A stretch of DNA of 64,000 nucleotides from Mobula hypostoma (Eukaryota), in NCBI RefSeq assembly GCF_963921235.1, contig NC_086097.1:127908001-127972000 (forward strand), in the 5' to 3' direction. A program made the translations under genes and the position numbers. Of the stretch, positions 59,431 to 64,000 are shown piece after piece. Numbering within the stretch: the stretch's first letter is position 1; each line of letters starts with the position of its first letter. Under the pieces are notes generated by a model. It made no database searches. It was not told where the DNA came from and was given only the letters and a program-made list of their open reading frames with translations.

Positions 59431-61059
59431 TGAAAGTAGAACTTTGACAGAGTTATGGGAAAGACAAGGGCAACTGGGTCTATACACAAACGTGGGGGGA
59501 GCTCAGCACCCAAGGAGGGGAAAATAGACAGTCAACATTTTAAGCCAAGGCCTTCGTCTCAACCTGAGAAGCTGACTCTCCATTTCCTTCTTTCGATGCC
59601 ACCTGAGCTGTTGAGTTCTTCCAACTTTTTGTCCCAGATTCCAGAGACTGCATTCTCTTGTGACTTCAGGGAAAAGGGACTGATTGGATAGGTATACAAA
59701 GAACCAGAACAATGTCAATGGGCTAAACAGCTTCTACCATGTTCTTGTAAATACATGATTCCACAACACGTGTTCTCAGTCTTGGGCAACATAGTCTTCA
59801 AGCAAGTTTCACCATCTCAAGGGTGAAAACAATGAAGCGTCTACTCCTGGGTTAGTTGCAGTATTACTTCTCATCTAGTTGCGAAAGTGCAAACTAATAG
59901 TCCCATGTGGCCAAGTCTCTAATCTCTTGATCATGGAGCAGAACATGTTTGTTGTAGAGGTAGACCTCAGGAGGCTTCTGAAGGCTGTGAAGGAAATGAT
60001 CAATTCCTCGGAACTGGAGGTGGAAACTTCTCGCCCAATCGTAAAAGTGACAGAAATTACAGCAAAATTCAAAATAAAAAGGGGGAAATGATGCTAGAAA
60101 TAGCAGGTCAGGCATCATCTGTAGAAAGAGAAACAGTTAACGTTCTGGGTGTAAGATATTAGAACTGACTTCCAATGGAGAAAGAGTAATGTTCAGACCT
60201 TTGCAGCTTTAAGCTCTGAAGGCTTTAGTTCATGTATTAGTAACTAAAGACACACACTGCTGCTACTAACATGGAGTTAAATGTCTTCTTTATTACTTTG
60301 TAGCCCATTGTGCATGTGACACATGTACAGTGTTCTTAAAGAGAAAATATGTAGGGTGTTCTGCAACAGCAATACCATAAATCTCTGCAGTAAAAAGAAA
60401 CAGGCAATCTGGTAGCAAGTGTAGATTCTTGGCATAACAATCTGAGAAATAAATCAAGCTATATTTCTTGGCATCTGAGGACTGGCATATTGCCAGGTGA
60501 ACAACAAAAATAGTAGGTAACTGATGTGTAAATTGTGCCCGTCAGGCTGAGTAACAACTTAGATATAATCAGGTGAACACTGCAATTATAAGCAGTGTAA
60601 AGCAATGTAATATTTCAATGTGCTAAATATGTGGCATACTCTCATATTATATTTCTGGTAGACAATTAATTATGAAGCAGGCTCCTTTCAATTCCCTCAG
60701 AAAGGCTGTTATTATGTGTAATAATATTTGAGCAGAGAAGTTTCAAAGATCTTAATGACTTAATTATTGATCAGCTTTATGGAACGGCTCGTCACTGTGG
60801 TCATCATTATTTAAAATTTGAAACATCTGGCACAGATCGGAGAGATGGATCTTTTATCACACCACCTTCTCCTTCCTCCCTAACTCGTCCCATCTAAACA
60901 GGGAGGTGGTTGAGGAACCTGATTCATTATCTACTTCAGTCACAGAGTCATTTATACAGAAGTCACCCCTTTGCCATACAAAATCCGTGTCGACAATTGA
61001 ATACTCATTTACAATAAGTCTATAATTTCATTTGTATCTCACTGTTCTCTCATCATCAA

Positions 61060-61265
61060 TATACTGAGGATAATTTATAGAGGCCAATTAAACTACTAAC
61101 TGTATGTTTTGGGAATGTGGGAGGAAATGCTGTACCTAAAGAAAACCCATTCAGTAATAGGAAAACATTCAACCTCCACACAAGCAGCAGCAGAGGTCAG
61201 GGTTGAAGCTGGGTCCCTTGATTTGTGAGGCAGTAACTCTACGAACTGTACTACTGTGCCATCCT
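61060..61265 (-). mobile_element. HE1/V-SINE
   Basis: ggccaattaaactac...gggaatgtgggaggaaa...gaggtcagggttgaagctgggtc. Confidence 0.7.
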
Positions 61266-62269
61266 CCTTTAAACGTCTCTACCATATTACTATCACTTCA
61301 GTTTTCTTCTTCCCCTTCCCCTTACTGGAGAAAATTATTTTCCGTCATTACCTTCCTCTTTGCTTTGAACACATCCAATCCATTGCTAGTTTTCTCTGGA
61401 ATTGCTAAGGAATTGATAAAAATATTATTCAGTTGCAGGTCTCAGTTGAGTTTCAGAGATGCTGTAAAGAAAGGTCGGAGAGATGTTTGTGCTTAGCATT
61501 GCTGTACAGAGATAAATGTGAGATATGTAAAACAGCAAAATACTCTAAGAACTGGAAATCTGAAACAAAAAGGCAGAATCCATGGAGAAAGAAAAACAGG
61601 GTTACTATTTACCAGTTATGAAAGGTCATCTATAGATGCTACTCAATCTGCTGAGCATTTTAAACTCTTCCTGATTTAATTTGTGACCAAGATCAAAAAA
61701 TTCTGATGGAAAAATAGAGTGAAACGGATTAGCATAGGAGTAGATCTTCTACCACAATCATCAGGATTTTTCAGGGACTTACCTATTTTTCCCCATAGAT
61801 GTCCCAGAGGCCAACCAACAGTGACAACCTCTGCTCTGCCCTTTCACCAGCTCTTGTGGACTTCTTATTGAGGGACAGTAAACACAACATGAAAAGGGAC
61901 TGGTGGAACTCAGTGAGCCAGGCAGTATCTGTGGGGGGAAGTGGATAGTCAGTGTAATAATGCCTTACCGTGGTGCTTTTCCATAAATCTTAGCATGACA
62001 TGTTCTAACTTCCATTTTCACTGATGTAACCTGGAGTATGCAGTAAACACAAAGGTGTATGCAGCATGGCAACGTAACAGTTAATGCAATGTTTTACACT
62101 GCCTACGATCAGTGATTGGGGTTCAATTTGTGCCATTGTAGGTCATCTGAGAGAAAGAAATCAGTTGATGGGAGAAAGATAACTGGTACCTAATTCCTGA
62201 ATTAAATAAAATTAAATTGATTTTGACCATTTTTGCCTGTGTGTATGTGTCTGTATTTTTTTGCCTTTC

Positions 62270-62600
62270 AGATATTGAACATTTGTTTAATTATTGTACA
62301 TTATTATTTTGGAAAAGGTGTGGGCCTTTATTGGCCGTCAGTCATTCTATGAGTGCAGATGAACTGAGTCAGGCTATATGCAGAATTAGTCCAGGCCAGT
62401 GAGCCGACTGGTGCATGCTGGGAGAAACGGTTTGACTCAAGGACAGGTGGCCAGGAATCTTAGGACACAAGAAAATCTGCATCATAATGTCACTTACTTT
62501 CAGGCAAGGTATATTCCTCACTGTGTGACAATCTCTGAGCTTTCTTTCATGAATAGTGGCAGCCAAGAGAAGTGAAGAAGCCCAATAGCTCTTGGTTTGT
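62270..62600 (+). mobile_element. Possible ancient Tx1/L1-group ORF2 C-terminus
   Basis: DIEHLFNYCTLLFWKR...ISPGQ*...LKDRW resembles the E..EHLF..C...FW knuckle region. Weak. Confidence 0.3.
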
Positions 62601-62799
62601 GTCATCAATGCAGGATCAATGAATGAGGGTGCCTACAGTCTGAAAGATTGCATATGAAAGTTGTATCTAGAAGATAAAATGTCTCTCACCAATATTATAA
62701 TGGCAATTTGCAAAGTCCAAGAACTCAAGAAAACAGGCACAGAGGAGTAATGGCTATAGGTGCATTGGGGAGTGGGTATGCCAATAGGGTCATGTTGGA

Positions 62800-64000
62800 A
62801 AGAGTATGCCCTGGGCATGTTTGCTGACCAGTCAAGCACATGATTTAGGACATTGCCTTTAAGTGCACTATACAGCGGGAGGGTAAGTTCAACAGCTTGT
62901 GGAATGAAGCATTAGTGGAATTTCACCACACCTAAAAATTCTTGTAGTTTTGTTTTGTAATGTGTGGCAGTGGGAAATCCATAATAGTGGCTACTTTTAA
63001 TGGGAGGGGTTTTGTACATCCTACAGAGATGTGATGGCCTAGAAAGTCAATGGTTGACAACAACCCAAACTGGCATTTAGCAGGATTAATTGTTGGCTTA
63101 AGCACTTGTAAAGTGTGCAGAGATGTGATACATTTCTGGATTTAGATGTATTAGTGACAATTATGTCATCCAGGTAAACAAAAAGAAAATCTAAGTCTTT
63201 AATATAGAGTCCATTAGCCATTGGAAAGTCTGTGCTGCATTTTTCAGCCCAAATGACATGGGCAGAAACTCGAAGAGGCCAAACAGTTAACACAGCCATT
63301 TTGGGAATGTCCACTAAGCACACAGGCACCTGATGGTAGCCCCTAACTAAGTCAACATTAAAAAAATTAACTTTCTGGCTAAAGGTCCCAAAAAATCTTG
63401 GTTGCGTGGGACGGTGTAATGAATGGGGGTGGTGATTGATACATGGGTGGCAACCACAACTGAACTTAGGGACGATATGGAGGGGTGAAGCCCAGGGGTT
63501 ATCTGACCTGTGTAAAATGCCAAACCTTTCCACGTTGACAAACTCGGCCTTTGCGGTGGCCCGTTTTTCTGGGTCCGGTCGACACACGTGGGCATAGAGC
63601 GGCAGACCAGTTGTGGAAATGTGGTGCTCGACCCCATGTTTTGTGACTGTAATGTTGAATGTGGGCTTGGTGAGGTTTTGGATTTTGCCCAGCAGTCGAG
63701 GAAACGCACATGCGGTGGTACATGCACTTGACAGAGTTGTTGTGGGGAACTTACTGGGGAAGCAGGATAATGACCCAAACTCCTTGACATCCACAAGCCG
63801 GCAGTTCTTAAGATCAACCAACAGTCCTTGGGCACACAGGAAATCTGCGCTGAGCAGAGATATAGCCACTTCATCCAGAACGAAGTCCCTTGTATAATGT
63901 CACCCATTGAAGCAGAGCGTCACCCATCATGTCTCGTAAGTCTGGATCCTGTTGCTGTTGGTGGCTTCCAGTGAGGTTTTGCGCTCTTTGCCTTCTGATC
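62800..64000 (-). mobile_element. Ty3/Gypsy pol fragment (protease end plus RT; CsRN1-like), disrupted, runs off the window
   Basis: LLSADFL...LLVDLKNCRLVD...HGVEHHISTTG...SDNPWASPLHIVPK...DLVRGYHQVPV...FGLKNAAQTFQ...FVYLDDIIV, with frameshifts. Confidence 0.9.

Noticed and set aside
62255..62320. Strong + strand acceptor (TTTTTTGCCTTTCAG) as a host exon
   Set aside because: The donor is weak, and the downstream peptide resembles a decayed Tx1/L1 C-terminus.

Overview
This is vertebrate nuclear DNA, most likely a cartilaginous fish (probably a ray). That assignment is an inference from the repeat repertoire: elasmobranch-type CR1/HER1 LINEs, HE1/V-SINEs, Rex1/Babar LINEs and Penelope-like terminal repeats. 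Most of the window is decayed, often nested, transposable-element sequence. It includes a near-full-length CR1 (1899-6120, -), a Tc1 transposon inserted in one Rex1 LINE and carrying another (7270-9968), a rearranged sushi-type Gypsy element (17948-21724, -), three solo LTRs, Tigger/pogo-type elements, a near-full-length Rex1/Babar LINE (46797-49740, +) and a second Gypsy pol running off the right end. I recognise no intact host gene, rRNA, tRNA gene or CRISPR array; the window reads like a large intron or intergenic region. The best leads are: (1) miniature Penelope-derived hairpin insertions carrying minimal hammerhead-ribozyme motifs, one with a 15-bp TSD; (2) several 0.6-0.85 kb non-coding retroposons with no tRNA head that share an AAGATGG-type 5' end and the 3' tail of Rex1/Babar LINEs; (3) a CpG-enriched candidate first coding exon on the - strand at 33652-33807. 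I cannot demonstrate a wholly new biological system from the sequence alone. Family names come from motif recognition, not database searches, and boundaries without a TSD or TIR are approximate.
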